From a virus (taxonomy: Duplodnaviria > Caudoviricetes): a stretch of 38,506 nt of DNA. This document shows, piece after piece, positions 15,698-25,574 of this stretch (the first letter of the stretch is position 1; each line of letters begins with the position of its first letter). Location of the stretch: positions 1 to 38,506 of IMG/VR virus record IMGVR_UViG_3300020045_018958. One strand, written 5' to 3'. The position numbers were made by a program, and so were the translations under genes. Under the pieces are notes generated by a model, which saw only the letters and a program-made list of their open reading frames with translations, ran no database searches and had not been told where the DNA came from.

Positions 15698-17905
15698 ATG
15701 ATATTCTACCTAGGAGAAAAAGTCGAAAACCTAACGGACAATAAAGTTCGTCTAGCCAGAAACAAGGCAAAGTCTTGGAAGTATGGCTATGATGCTTCTA
15801 TTGATACTGTTATTATTTCTAAAGACGGTACTCTTGGAGAAATCTATAGCATTAGCGGAATCAATATTGGATTACCACAACAACCTCCAAAAGAGGCAAT
15901 TTTAAATCATACAAAGACGGCATCAAACCAGAAATTCCAAAGAGAAGACGCTCCCAAAGAACTCACTGCCGAAACAATGGATCAGGCAAAATACAGCGAT
16001 TACATTGACAAAGAATATGAACGAAGAGAAAAAGGATTATGGGTTTACATAAAAGGATTCCCAGTTTATATACCAGGAACTTATTACTATGGAATTCAAT
16101 GGGTACGTGAAGAAAAAGATTTTCCTTGTTTCAGGATAATCCAAAATGAATTGATGATTTTTTGGGAAGCTTGTAAAGCAGACGACAGGTGTTTTGGGAT
16201 GCAGTATGTGAAAAATAGGCGTATTGGAGCTTCGTATCTAGCTATTGTAGAGCTATTGGAATCAGGAACAATAAATGAAGACAAGATGCTTGGAATCATT
16301 TCTAAAAAAGGGGATGATAGCAAAAAGATATTTAATCGTTTAATCAAAGGTTTTAAGCGATTGCCTTGTTTTTTTCAGCCTGTATGGGATGGAACAAATA
16401 CACCAAAGAAAGAGTTGATTCTTGATGTTCCTACTAAAAGACGTGCAAAAAACGAGGTAATCAGCGATGATGGATTGGGTTCTTCCATTTCTTGGCACAA
16501 CACGGAAATTAATGCAATGGATGGTGATGCTATTTTCCGTTCTCTTTTGGACGAATCTGGTAAATATCCAAAAGATGTTCCTTTTGATAAATATTGGGAA
16601 ATTGTAAAAACCTCTCATACAAAAGGAATTAGAATTACAGGAAAATCAATGGTCGTTTCTACCGTAAATGCCAAAAGCAAAGGTGGTGCAGAATATGAAG
16701 AGGTTTGGAAAAATAGCAATCCAGATGTAAGGGACGGAAACGGACAAACTAAATCAGGATTGTATAGAATTTTCATTCCAGCAGACTACTGTTTGGAAGG
16801 AATGTTTGATGAATACGGATTTACAATCATCGAAGACCCTGAAACTCCTGTAACAACAGACGAAGGAAAGCAAACAACCATTGGTTCAAAAACATTCTTA
16901 AACAATAAAGAAGAATCTTTAAAAGATAAGCCAGAAGATTTAAACGAACGTCTTCGTCAATTTCCAAGATCAATTCGTGACCCATTCCGTGATGAATCAG
17001 GTAGCTGTCCTTTTAACGGGATTAAAATAACAGAACAAATTGAACATAATGAAAACGCTTCTTTTCCTGACGAAGTTGAAAGAGGGAATTTTTCTTGGGA
17101 AAACGGAATAGCCGATACAAATGTAAAATGGAATCCCGATACTGAAGGACGTTTTTGGATAGCAAAAAACTGCCATCCTCCTACGGAGTTCAGAAATCAA
17201 AAAGAAATGAAGTCTATTAATGGTGTTATGGCTTGGGCTCCAATAGCCACCCATTTAGGATGCTTTGGAGTTGACCCATATAACGTAACAAAAGCAGTAA
17301 GCAAAGGGTCTAGAGGGGCGATACATTTAAGCACAAAAATGAACACAAGTTCATTGCCTAATAACGCATTCATTGTTGAATATTTGGATCGAGCACCACA
17401 AATAGAAATGTTTTTCGAAGATGTTTTAATGGTAATGGTGTATTACTCAATTCCTATGCTTTGTGAATTGTCAAATTATGATTTTTTAAGAATGATTAAA
17501 AACAGAGGATACCGTCATTATTCAATGAATAATCCTTTTAAAAACTATTCTGATTTAATTCCTGCAGAAATAGAATTTGGCGGGTGTCCAGCTCAAAACG
17601 CAAAAATAGGTGTAGCACAAGCTCACGCAGTTCAATCTTATGTTCAAGACTATATTGGTATAGCAAGAGAAGAACTTAATAGACCTAAAGGAACTATTGG
17701 TTTTATGCCTTTCACAAGAACTTTATCTCAATGGGAAAAAGTAGATCTTGAAGACAGAATGGCTTTTGATGCCTACATCAGTTCTTCATTATCATTGGTA
17801 GGAAATCAAAAAATTGAAATTAAAGCACCTCCTAAAAAAACAAGAACCAATCCTTTTCAAAAATACAACAACAAAGGCAATCTATCAACCATTAAAGAAG
17901 ACTAA
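15698..17905 (+). CDS. terL: Terminase large subunit (copy 1)
   Basis: Walker A-like KNRRIGAS, Walker B LLDESGK, coupling VVSTVN, nuclease FGVDPY; precedes portal. Confidence 0.92.
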   Translation: MIFYLGEKVENLTDNKVRLARNKAKSWKYGYDASIDTVIISKDGTLGEIYSISGINIGLPQQPPKEAILNHTKTASNQKFQREDAPKELTAETMDQAKYSDYIDKEYERREKGLWVYIKGFPVYIPGTYYYGIQWVREEKDFPCFRIIQNELMIFWEACKADDRCFGMQYVKNRRIGASYLAIVELLESGTINEDKMLGIISKKGDDSKKIFNRLIKGFKRLPCFFQPVWDGTNTPKKELILDVPTKRRAKNEVISDDGLGSSISWHNTEINAMDGDAIFRSLLDESGKYPKDVPFDKYWEIVKTSHTKGIRITGKSMVVSTVNAKSKGGAEYEEVWKNSNPDVRDGNGQTKSGLYRIFIPADYCLEGMFDEYGFTIIEDPETPVTTDEGKQTTIGSKTFLNNKEESLKDKPEDLNERLRQFPRSIRDPFRDESGSCPFNGIKITEQIEHNENASFPDEVERGNFSWENGIADTNVKWNPDTEGRFWIAKNCHPPTEFRNQKEMKSINGVMAWAPIATHLGCFGVDPYNVTKAVSKGSRGAIHLSTKMNTSSLPNNAFIVEYLDRAPQIEMFFEDVLMVMVYYSIPMLCELSNYDFLRMIKNRGYRHYSMNNPFKNYSDLIPAEIEFGGCPAQNAKIGVAQAHAVQSYVQDYIGIAREELNRPKGTIGFMPFTRTLSQWEKVDLEDRMAFDAYISSSLSLVGNQKIEIKAPPKKTRTNPFQKYNNKGNLSTIKED

Positions 17906-17908
17906 ACT

Positions 17909-20329
17909 ATGAGTACTGTTCCAACTAAAAATACTTATAAAATTCCTGATCCGTTAGCTCCTGATTATGAAAAAGAGCAAGATACTTACGGATTACAAAT
18001 GGCTCATTTTATTGAACAGGAATGGTTCAGTGGAGGAATAATGAGTAAAGATTGTACTTTCTCTACTAGACGTGAATGGATTCGTAGAAAACGCCTTTTC
18101 GTTCGTGGAGAATCGGACAGTGCTTCCGACAAAAGTTTGATTTCAAGAAACAAAGGCGATTTAGATTACCTCAATTTAGACTGGGAGCAACTGAATCTTT
18201 CCCAAAAGTTTTGCCGAATTGTTTCCAATGGTATTTCAGATAAATTCTACAATCTTAACATACGTTCGTTTGATGCTGTTTCTGTAAAATTAAAACAAAA
18301 CAGAATTGATGTATTCAAAACAAAAATGTACGCCAAACCAATGCTCGAAAAAGCAAAGGATGTATTAGGTATTGATTTAACTCCAAAAGGATTTGTTCCA
18401 GAAGACGAAGAGGAATTGGATTTGTATATGCAGATAAAAGACCGTCCGAAAGTTGAAATTGCAGAAGAGATTATGATCGATTATGTAAAGCAAACTAATG
18501 ACTGGGATTTTATTGAGAAAACCAAAAACAGAGATTTGGTTGATATTGGGATTGCCTCTGCTCGAATTTGGACCGACAAAAATGATGGAGTAAAAGTTGC
18601 CGCTGTCAATCCTGAATTCTATGGACACAGTATGGTGGAAAAACCTGATTTTTCAGATGCTTTTTATCATTTTGTAGTAGATACCATTAGCATTAACGAC
18701 ATCAAACGAGAAAGCGGATTTGAGGATTCTGTTTTAAGAAGAATTGCCAAGAAACAATCTTTGTCCGGTTCATTATTCATGGAAAAGGATTATGACAACT
18801 GTGGGATGGAAGATATTTTAAGCATGAGGATTCACGTAATGCGTTTTGCGTGGAAATCTGCCAAAACTATTGTCTATAAAAAAGTAGTCAATAAAAAAGG
18901 ACAACTTGTAAAGGTTTCCAAAAAAGACACAAGCTTCGATCCTCCAGAAGAAATGAAGGATTTAAAATCGTCAAAAGTACTTGATACTTGGTACGAAGGA
19001 AATTATGTTGTTGGTGCCGATATTATTTATGGCTATAAAGAATGTGAGAACCTGGTTCGTGACGACATGAACAAAGCCAAACCGCCATTCGTTACCATCG
19101 CTACCAATATCTATGAAAACAAATTGCGTTCATTCCTTTCGGACATTGAGCCAATGGTAAAACAATTGCAACGCCAGCACTTGAAAATCCAACAATTAAT
19201 CGCCGAATTAAAGCCAGATATTATTCAAATTGATTTGGATTCATTGGCTGATTTAGAAACAGGAGAAGGCGGTGTAAAAAAAGAAGCTTGGGAAATGGCT
19301 CTTAATCTTCTTAACACAAAAGGTGTTGTAATTACCCAGCGTATTGATATGGGAGAGTTGGGAATGAAAGACGGATCTGGAGCAAGACCTATGGGAATTT
19401 CACAAGGAAGCGCTTTGATTCCGTTATTAAATACTTGGGCGCATTATTATAATTTGATTCGCGATGCTACTGGTGTTAATCCAGCTCGTGATGGCTCGTT
19501 GCCAGCAGATGCTTTGCTTGGCGTAAATAAAATGGCAGAATTAGCCAGCAATACCGTTACAAAAGACATTGTTGATGCAGCAACGACTTTCAATAAAAAA
19601 GTTTGCGAGATCATTTCTTCAAGAATTCATTCTATTTTCAAGCACGATAATGCTGGATATTTAAAACGCATTTATGAAAATGCCGTTGGAAAACACAATC
19701 TCGAAGCATTAGAAGCATTGGCTGACAGAAGCCTTCACGAATTTGGCTTTATCACTGAAATGATTCCTGCCCAAAAAGAGCTAGATGAATTAGCGCAAGA
19801 TTTAGGTATTGCCATGAAAGAAGGCTATATTGATTTGGAAGATAAAATTGAAATTCAACGAATTGCCAGAACCAATATTAAACTGGCTGTCGAATACATG
19901 AAATACCGTCGTAGAAAACGTATGAAACAAAGAATGGAAGAGCAGTCCATTATGGCAAAAGAAAAAAGCCAAAATGATATTGCATCGGCACAAGCGGCTT
20001 CACAATATAAAACGCAGGAATATGTTACGAAAAGCCAAATTGATATTGACAAAGAACAAAAATTATCAGTTATCCGTTTGAACGAGCTTCAACAAACGCA
20101 AATTATTCAAGCTCCAGAAAAACAAGTTGAATTCCAGCAAGACGTTTACATTGAAAACCTGAAAGTAAAAACTAAATTAGATTCTGACCAGTACAAAGAA
20201 GAAGCAAAAGACATTCGTTTAGACAGACAGGCAACTCAAAACTCAAAAATGATTGAGCAAAGAAAACAAGATTCTGGTCCAATTGATTTTGAAAAAGCTC
20301 CCGATTTTGAATCGATGTTTGAAAATTAA
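17909..20329 (+). CDS. Portal protein
   Basis: 806 aa after TerL; LDYLNLDW..KFCRIVSNG, IRDATGVNPARDG, long C-terminal coiled coil. Confidence 0.88.
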   Translation: MSTVPTKNTYKIPDPLAPDYEKEQDTYGLQMAHFIEQEWFSGGIMSKDCTFSTRREWIRRKRLFVRGESDSASDKSLISRNKGDLDYLNLDWEQLNLSQKFCRIVSNGISDKFYNLNIRSFDAVSVKLKQNRIDVFKTKMYAKPMLEKAKDVLGIDLTPKGFVPEDEEELDLYMQIKDRPKVEIAEEIMIDYVKQTNDWDFIEKTKNRDLVDIGIASARIWTDKNDGVKVAAVNPEFYGHSMVEKPDFSDAFYHFVVDTISINDIKRESGFEDSVLRRIAKKQSLSGSLFMEKDYDNCGMEDILSMRIHVMRFAWKSAKTIVYKKVVNKKGQLVKVSKKDTSFDPPEEMKDLKSSKVLDTWYEGNYVVGADIIYGYKECENLVRDDMNKAKPPFVTIATNIYENKLRSFLSDIEPMVKQLQRQHLKIQQLIAELKPDIIQIDLDSLADLETGEGGVKKEAWEMALNLLNTKGVVITQRIDMGELGMKDGSGARPMGISQGSALIPLLNTWAHYYNLIRDATGVNPARDGSLPADALLGVNKMAELASNTVTKDIVDAATTFNKKVCEIISSRIHSIFKHDNAGYLKRIYENAVGKHNLEALEALADRSLHEFGFITEMIPAQKELDELAQDLGIAMKEGYIDLEDKIEIQRIARTNIKLAVEYMKYRRRKRMKQRMEEQSIMAKEKSQNDIASAQAASQYKTQEYVTKSQIDIDKEQKLSVIRLNELQQTQIIQAPEKQVEFQQDVYIENLKVKTKLDSDQYKEEAKDIRLDRQATQNSKMIEQRKQDSGPIDFEKAPDFESMFEN

Positions 20330-20372
20330 TATAAATTATTTATGTTTTTGATATAAATTTTAATTATGTTTG
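20329..20372 (+). promoter_or_regulatory. Operator family A pair plus -7 promoter element
   Basis: ATATAAAT-T-ATTTATGT (20329), ATATAAAT (20351), TATGTTTG (20365-20372). Confidence 0.65.
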
Positions 20373-20407
20373 TATTCAATCAATTTATTAATCAATATTT
20401 AAAACCA

Positions 20408-20773
20408 ATGAAAAAAGTACTATTGTTATCGTTAAGTATTTGTTTCCTTATTTCGGTCACAGCACTAGCCAGTGTAACCAACTTTGAAATCAAAAAGGAG
20501 CAAACGGAAAAAGTGTCATTTGAAAACCCTGTTGTTTTTGAAGTAAACACAAAAACTATTGAAGCAAAAGCTATTGTATCAAAATCAATTGTCCAGCGAC
20601 AATGCGATGCTGTTACTAAAAAGAAAGAGTATGCTTCTGACAACCTAAAAAAACAATCTTTTAATTCCAATCGATATTGGTGTCGGAATTTTAGTCATTC
20701 AAGCATTGTACTTAAAGAGATATGCAGCGATAAATTTGACAAACCTCTACCACAAAAAGACAGGAAAGCATAA
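20408..20773 (+). CDS. Exported protein (moron-like)
   Basis: Signal peptide MKKVLLLSLSICFLISVTALA from ATG 20408; has its own promoter and terminator. Confidence 0.6.
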   Translation: MKKVLLLSLSICFLISVTALASVTNFEIKKEQTEKVSFENPVVFEVNTKTIEAKAIVSKSIVQRQCDAVTKKKEYASDNLKKQSFNSNRYWCRNFSHSSIVLKEICSDKFDKPLPQKDRKA

Positions 20774-20793
20774 AAAAACTTATTCAAAATATC

Positions 20794-20829
20794 AAAAAGG
20801 ACTGAACTTAAAATTCAGTCCTTTTTTTT
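20794..20829 (+). terminator. Intrinsic terminator
   Basis: AAAAAGGACTGAA-CTTAAAA-TTCAGTCCTTTTTTTT. Confidence 0.9.
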
Positions 20830-20844
20830 ATGCTTAAAAATACA

Positions 20845-20910
20845 ACATAAATAAATTATACTTTAAATATAAATTATTTGTATTTGATAATTATTATTTA
20901 TTACATTTGT
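20845..20910 (+). promoter_or_regulatory. Operator family A pair plus promoter of scaffold/capsid genes
   Basis: ACATAAAT (20845), ATATAAAT-T-ATTTGTAT (20867), TTATTTATTACATTTGT (20894-20910, identical at 25514). Confidence 0.7.
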
Positions 20911-20935
20911 CATAACTATAACGAAAATCTATATT

Positions 20936-22120
20936 ATGAAATTTGGTATCAACCCCGACATGGAAAATGTTCTTAAAGAACAGGAGAACGTAGAAGTAAA
21001 TTCTGAAACTAAAAACACAGAGGATACCAATGCAGAGGAACAGCATGCAGAAGGTAATACAGAGGATGTAGATAAAGATAAAGGTTCAGAAGCTAATTCT
21101 GGTACTGATGAAAATCAGGAAGGCAATGCTGACAACAACAATACGGATTTAGACAAAACTATTGAGGTTGAACCTTCAGAAGCACAGATTATAAAATTTT
21201 TGAATGACAAAGGCGGAAAGTTTGAAAAACTGGAAGACGTTCTTAAAGAAAATCAAGCTCCTGAAAATCCTTATTCTTCCATTATAGAAGACCCAGAAGT
21301 AAAAAGCTTTTTGGACTTTAAAAAAGATACAGGTCGAGGATTAGCCGATTATATTAAAACACAAGAAAACATTGATGATGTTCCTTTGAAAGATTTGGCT
21401 ATTGCTAAAGCGAAACTAGAACTAGGAAATTTATCTATTGAAGATTTAACTGCTTACATCGAAGAAGAAACTGGTGTGGATTTAGACAGTTCAGATGATT
21501 TGACTGATTTAGAAGTCGCAAAAATCAAAAAATTCACAAAAGATTACAAAGCAAACTTTTTGGCAGAACAGGAGAAATACAAAACTCCTTTGGCAAAAGA
21601 AGAAAATAATACCCAAGGAATCGAAATGATTACTTTGGAAAACGGTGAAAAAGTAGATAAAAAAATCTATGAAGAACACCAAAAAGCACATCAATCTTAT
21701 ATTCAGGACATGAAAGTTGCGGTGGACAGTGTCGCCAAAACCTCCTTAAGTGTTGAGTTTGATAATGCAGGTAAAAAAGAAGTTTTAACTTTTGATTACG
21801 AACATGATGCTGACGATAAAAAGGGAATGGTCTCTTTGTCTGCTGATTTAGATGAAACCGTTAAAAACTTATTTAGAACCGAAAAAGGATTTAATCACGC
21901 AGATTTTGCGAAAGCTGTTTGGCGTTTAGATCCAAAAAACTGGGGAAAAGAAGTTTCTGCAATTGTAAACAAGGCGATTGCCGATACAACGCTTAAGCTT
22001 CAACAGAATGAGAATAATATCGACTTTAATAGAAGTAGAATTCCGGGTAATACAGATGCTACTAAAAAGAAAGATATTTTTCAGGAATCATCCGGATTTG
22101 GGATAAAATTCAACATGTAA
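20936..22120 (+). CDS. Probable capsid scaffolding protein
   Basis: Acidic disordered N-terminus, helical; between portal and capsid; FKKDTGRGLADY. Confidence 0.7.
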   Translation: MKFGINPDMENVLKEQENVEVNSETKNTEDTNAEEQHAEGNTEDVDKDKGSEANSGTDENQEGNADNNNTDLDKTIEVEPSEAQIIKFLNDKGGKFEKLEDVLKENQAPENPYSSIIEDPEVKSFLDFKKDTGRGLADYIKTQENIDDVPLKDLAIAKAKLELGNLSIEDLTAYIEEETGVDLDSSDDLTDLEVAKIKKFTKDYKANFLAEQEKYKTPLAKEENNTQGIEMITLENGEKVDKKIYEEHQKAHQSYIQDMKVAVDSVAKTSLSVEFDNAGKKEVLTFDYEHDADDKKGMVSLSADLDETVKNLFRTEKGFNHADFAKAVWRLDPKNWGKEVSAIVNKAIADTTLKLQQNENNIDFNRSRIPGNTDATKKKDIFQESSGFGIKFNM

Positions 22121-22145
22121 TCTCACAATCTAAATTAAAAAAATC

Positions 22146-23495
22146 ATGGCTTTCGAACTTCCAGTTAACAACTTATTGGGGTCTGCCGTTATTGACAGGC
22201 CAGCCAACACTATTAGATCTGCTGCTAATTTCATCGATCCGTATGATTATGCAATGATCTATCAACCAGAACTTGTTTCTAAATTTCACATGAGATTTGG
22301 AAAAGGCTCTATTTTAGGATTTACCCGTATGACGGGTTCAGAAAGCACGTATGCTTCTGACGAAATCCAACACGGTGAACAAAACCGTTTGCACACTATA
22401 TCTAAAAATGTGGCTGTTGCAGGAAACGTGTTTACTTCCCCAACCGATCACCAATTGCGTGTCGATGATGTAATTATCATATCAGATGGTACTAATGAAG
22501 ATCAAGCAATCGTTACAGCGGTTTCTACTACCAAAGTATTTACTGCATTGAGTGATACTGCTGCTTCATTTGCTTTTGCAGGAAATGTTACTTTGTTTAG
22601 TGGTTCTAACCGTTTTGCAAAAGGAACAGAGAACTTTACAACTGGCTTCCATTGGGATCCTACGATCTACAAGAATAATTCTCATATCATCAAAGGATTT
22701 TATGATATTAATGATTCTGACAGAGCGCACGATACTTGGTTAGATACTCCAGATGGTCCTATGTGGTTTAACTACGAATTAGGTAATCATTCTCGTTATT
22801 TTGATAACCTTGCCGAAATCACTCATATTTTCCACAGAAGAGCTGCTACAGGTGCTGCTTCTACAACTGCAGGAAAAACAAGAGGTATGAAAGGTATTGT
22901 TCAACAAATCGAAGAAAGAGGAAATGTAGCCAATGAGTACATTGAAACTATCGAAGATTTTAATGATATCGCTTACCGTATTAAACAACAAGGAGGTTGT
23001 ACTTCTTACACTGTTTATGCGGATCACATGCAAATGTTCAAATTCAACACTATGTTGGGTGGTGTAAATGCAGGATTTGTAAACGGTGGAAATTACGGTA
23101 TTTTCAACAACAGTAAAGAAATGTCTTTGGCATTAGACTTCCAGTCAGTTACTTTGATGGGAATCACTTTCTTTATTACTGCTTTACGTATTTTGGATGA
23201 TACTCAATTTATGGGTGCAGAACACTTCAAAGCAACTGCTCCGGCATTTGTGATGGTTCCTGCAGGTAATAAATCTATCATGCAAGATGGAGAAACTAAA
23301 GACTCTCCATACTTATCTATTCGTTACCGTAAATCACAATTTACGGATAGAAAGAAACAAGTAAAACTTTTTGGACCTGGATTTACAGATCACAAAAAAG
23401 ATACTATGGAATCTCACTTCACACAAGAACAAACAAATCAGTTGGTTGGTGCGAATGAGTACTTCATTGGAAGACGTAACGCTGCTTACGCCTAA
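22146..23495 (+). CDS. Major capsid protein
   Basis: 449 aa; YQPEL..RFGKGSILGFTRMTGSE..SDEIQHGEQNRLH, GMKGIVQQIEERGN; strong codon bias; followed by terminator. Confidence 0.88.
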   Translation: MAFELPVNNLLGSAVIDRPANTIRSAANFIDPYDYAMIYQPELVSKFHMRFGKGSILGFTRMTGSESTYASDEIQHGEQNRLHTISKNVAVAGNVFTSPTDHQLRVDDVIIISDGTNEDQAIVTAVSTTKVFTALSDTAASFAFAGNVTLFSGSNRFAKGTENFTTGFHWDPTIYKNNSHIIKGFYDINDSDRAHDTWLDTPDGPMWFNYELGNHSRYFDNLAEITHIFHRRAATGAASTTAGKTRGMKGIVQQIEERGNVANEYIETIEDFNDIAYRIKQQGGCTSYTVYADHMQMFKFNTMLGGVNAGFVNGGNYGIFNNSKEMSLALDFQSVTLMGITFFITALRILDDTQFMGAEHFKATAPAFVMVPAGNKSIMQDGETKDSPYLSIRYRKSQFTDRKKQVKLFGPGFTDHKKDTMESHFTQEQTNQLVGANEYFIGRRNAAYA

Positions 23496-23503
23496 AATTA
23501 ATA

Positions 23504-23539
23504 ACAGGAGCGTTGTAAAAAGCGCTCCTGTATTTTTTT
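23504..23539 (+). terminator. Intrinsic terminator after capsid gene
   Basis: ACAGGAGCGTT-GTAA-AAAGCGCTCCTGT-ATTTTTTT. Confidence 0.88.
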
Positions 23540-23557
23540 AACCTAATACTATTAGAT

Positions 23558-24631
23558 ATGAATGTTTACAAATTAAAAAGCGGTAAAACAAGCGGTGCGT
23601 TTCAATTGCCATTAAGAGGAATTTTAGTTTCTAGAGAAATTGAAGGAGAAACTTTCATGAAGGAAATACAGTATGTTCCTGGTGCAAGTTCTTTCTACAA
23701 GGAAGATCACAAGGGCGATGCTAAACCAAGACCTTTATGGTTTGATGATGGAGAAATCAGAGCAAATCCAGACGATAAAGTTCTAAACGAACTATTACAA
23801 AACCACCCGTGGTTCCCTTCAAAATACTTTTTAGTAAATGAAGAAGCAACGGCCAGAGAAGAAATTAACGATTTCGAAAAAATTACCAAAGCTTCCAATT
23901 CAATTATCGAAGAAAAAGATGATTTTAGATTAAAAGCAATGGCAATGATTATTATTTCATTAGATGCTGCTAATTGGGATCCTTTTAAATGCAAAGCAGA
24001 GTTATTGAAGTATGCTAAAAATCATACTGCCACTTTCTTGACAGAATTAGATAAAAAAAATTACGAAGGTAGATTTTTGGCGGCTTTAGCATTTGCCAAA
24101 GGAGTTGTAAAACACAACCAATTCCAAACTGCTGTTTTATGGAATGATGAAAAAGAAGCTGTCATTGTTCGCGTTGCCGAAGGAGAAAGTGGCGTTGACA
24201 AACTAGGTGATTTTTTATCAACTAAAAATGAAAATTCTACTGCTGTTTGTCAAAGAATAGGCGAAAAAGTCGAAGCATTATATGCAAATATATCTTCTGA
24301 AAAAAAGGAAACAACCGCAAAAACTATTCCTGGTAAAACAGAAAAAGAAATTGCGGACGAAGCGATTGAGAAATACAAGGCTTCACTTCCTAAAGTAAAA
24401 ACAGAGGCAGAAATTCGTGAGGAACTATTGGCTGAAATGGCTGGTAATTCAAAAGGAGAAACTTCTTATTCAGGTGCTGAAACTCCAGATACAAAACCAG
24501 TTACTTTTGACAACACTGATTTAGTTCAGGTTCAGGCAAAATACAAAGAGGTTACGGGCGAAGATGCTCCACCAAGATTTAAAAACGATGTTAATTGGCT
24601 AAACGCCAAAATCGTTGAGAAAGGAATTTAA
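23558..24631 (+). CDS. Conserved-looking phage protein after capsid gene (function unknown)
   Basis: 357 aa; LWFDDGEI..LLQNHP; position in head module. Confidence 0.65.
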   Translation: MNVYKLKSGKTSGAFQLPLRGILVSREIEGETFMKEIQYVPGASSFYKEDHKGDAKPRPLWFDDGEIRANPDDKVLNELLQNHPWFPSKYFLVNEEATAREEINDFEKITKASNSIIEEKDDFRLKAMAMIIISLDAANWDPFKCKAELLKYAKNHTATFLTELDKKNYEGRFLAALAFAKGVVKHNQFQTAVLWNDEKEAVIVRVAEGESGVDKLGDFLSTKNENSTAVCQRIGEKVEALYANISSEKKETTAKTIPGKTEKEIADEAIEKYKASLPKVKTEAEIREELLAEMAGNSKGETSYSGAETPDTKPVTFDNTDLVQVQAKYKEVTGEDAPPRFKNDVNWLNAKIVEKGI

Positions 24632-24671
24632 AAAACCATTTTCGTTTGGTTCTGACTTCCCAGTCACGAAG

Positions 24672-24699
24672 AAGCCCCGCTATTGAGTGGGGCTTTTTT
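24672..24699. terminator. Terminator between convergent genes
   Basis: AAGCCCCGC-TATTGA-GTGGGGCTTTTTT. Confidence 0.85.
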
Positions 24700-24702
24700 A
24701 AT

Positions 24703-25122
24703 TTAATCTTCTTCTATAAAATCAGTAATATCAAATTTCCAATTCTCAATTAATCCATTTTCATCTACATTCATTATGATGTAATCTCCATATCCATTTT
24801 CTTTAGGAGACATTGTGTCTGGCACGTAACCATCTTTTCGAGCGATTTCTTTTTCATTTTCATCGTAAACAACATATAGACCATCATCACAAACTTTATA
24901 ATGGATTTCAGCGGTTTTGCCTTGTTCCCAGTTTGTAATAACTCCGGTATCAATATCAATTACTGGAAGCCAATTTTCATCACCTTCAACTCGGCAAGGA
25001 ATCAAATCTCCCACAGTATCTTCTACGCCGTTAACGGTTGCATCTTCCCAATACCTAGCTCCTGCTTTTACGTGAAGCGTTTTTGCTTCCATTTCGACTT
25101 CTTTTTTTACTTTTACTTTCAT
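24703..25122 (-). CDS. Hypothetical phage protein, acidic beta-rich
   Basis: RYWEDATVNG..W.PVIDIDTGVITNW..HYKVCDDG.Y..YVPD..YGDYI. Confidence 0.8.
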   Translation of the reverse strand: MKVKVKKEVEMEAKTLHVKAGARYWEDATVNGVEDTVGDLIPCRVEGDENWLPVIDIDTGVITNWEQGKTAEIHYKVCDDGLYVVYDENEKEIARKDGYVPDTMSPKENGYGDYIIMNVDENGLIENWKFDITDFIEED

Positions 25123-25145
25123 AATTATTTATAGTTTTTGATTTA

Positions 25146-25349
25146 TTATTTTTTAAATATCAATTTCCCATTCAATCCTTCCCGAAGAAAGAAGTATTTA
25201 TCATTGTGTAATTGCTTTAGAATTGGCTTCAAAACATCATATTCTAATTCAGTTTCAATGCTTATATCAGGAATGTAAGTACCGCAACTTCCTCCTGATT
25301 CTTTGTGTTTTTTATCGATGAAGGCTTTTACTTTTTCTGTGTTATCCAT
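25146..25349 (-). CDS. Small putative winged-helix protein (likely start MDNTEK)
   Basis: 67 aa; helix-G-T-helix-turn-helix (VLKPILKQLHNDKY) plus wing hairpin (LREGLNGKLIF), judged by eye. Confidence 0.55.
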   Translation of the reverse strand: MDNTEKVKAFIDKKHKESGGSCGTYIPDISIETELEYDVLKPILKQLHNDKYFFLREGLNGKLIFKK

Positions 25350-25450
25350 AAACAAACTAATGAAACGATGATTAATAAGGATGCCAAAACCAAGCAAAAC
25401 TTAACAAAAAGTTTATAAATCATAGCTGCTCTTTCATCATCGTAATTCAT
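25328..25450 (-). CDS. 40-aa single-TM protein (not in track)
   Basis: MNYDDERAAMIYKLFVKFCLVLASLLIIVSLVCLWITQKK*; downstream of minus-strand TATTTTTG (25467-25474); overlaps next start. Confidence 0.55.
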   Translation of the reverse strand: MNYDDERAAMIYKLFVKFCLVLASLLIIVSLVCLWITQKK

Positions 25451-25466
25451 TGCTAATTGTTTTCAT

Positions 25467-25565
25467 CAAAAATATAAACTATTTATGTTTTAGATATAAA
25501 TAAGTTATACTTTTTATTTATTACATTTGTAATTGATATAAATTATTTCTATTTGAAATATAAAT
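25467..25565. promoter_or_regulatory. Divergent promoters with two operator family A pairs
   Basis: Sites at 25472/25494 and 25536/25558 (22-bp period); TACATTTG (+, 25522-25529); TATTTTTG (-, 25467-25474). Confidence 0.7.
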
Positions 25566-25574
25566 TTATAAGCT

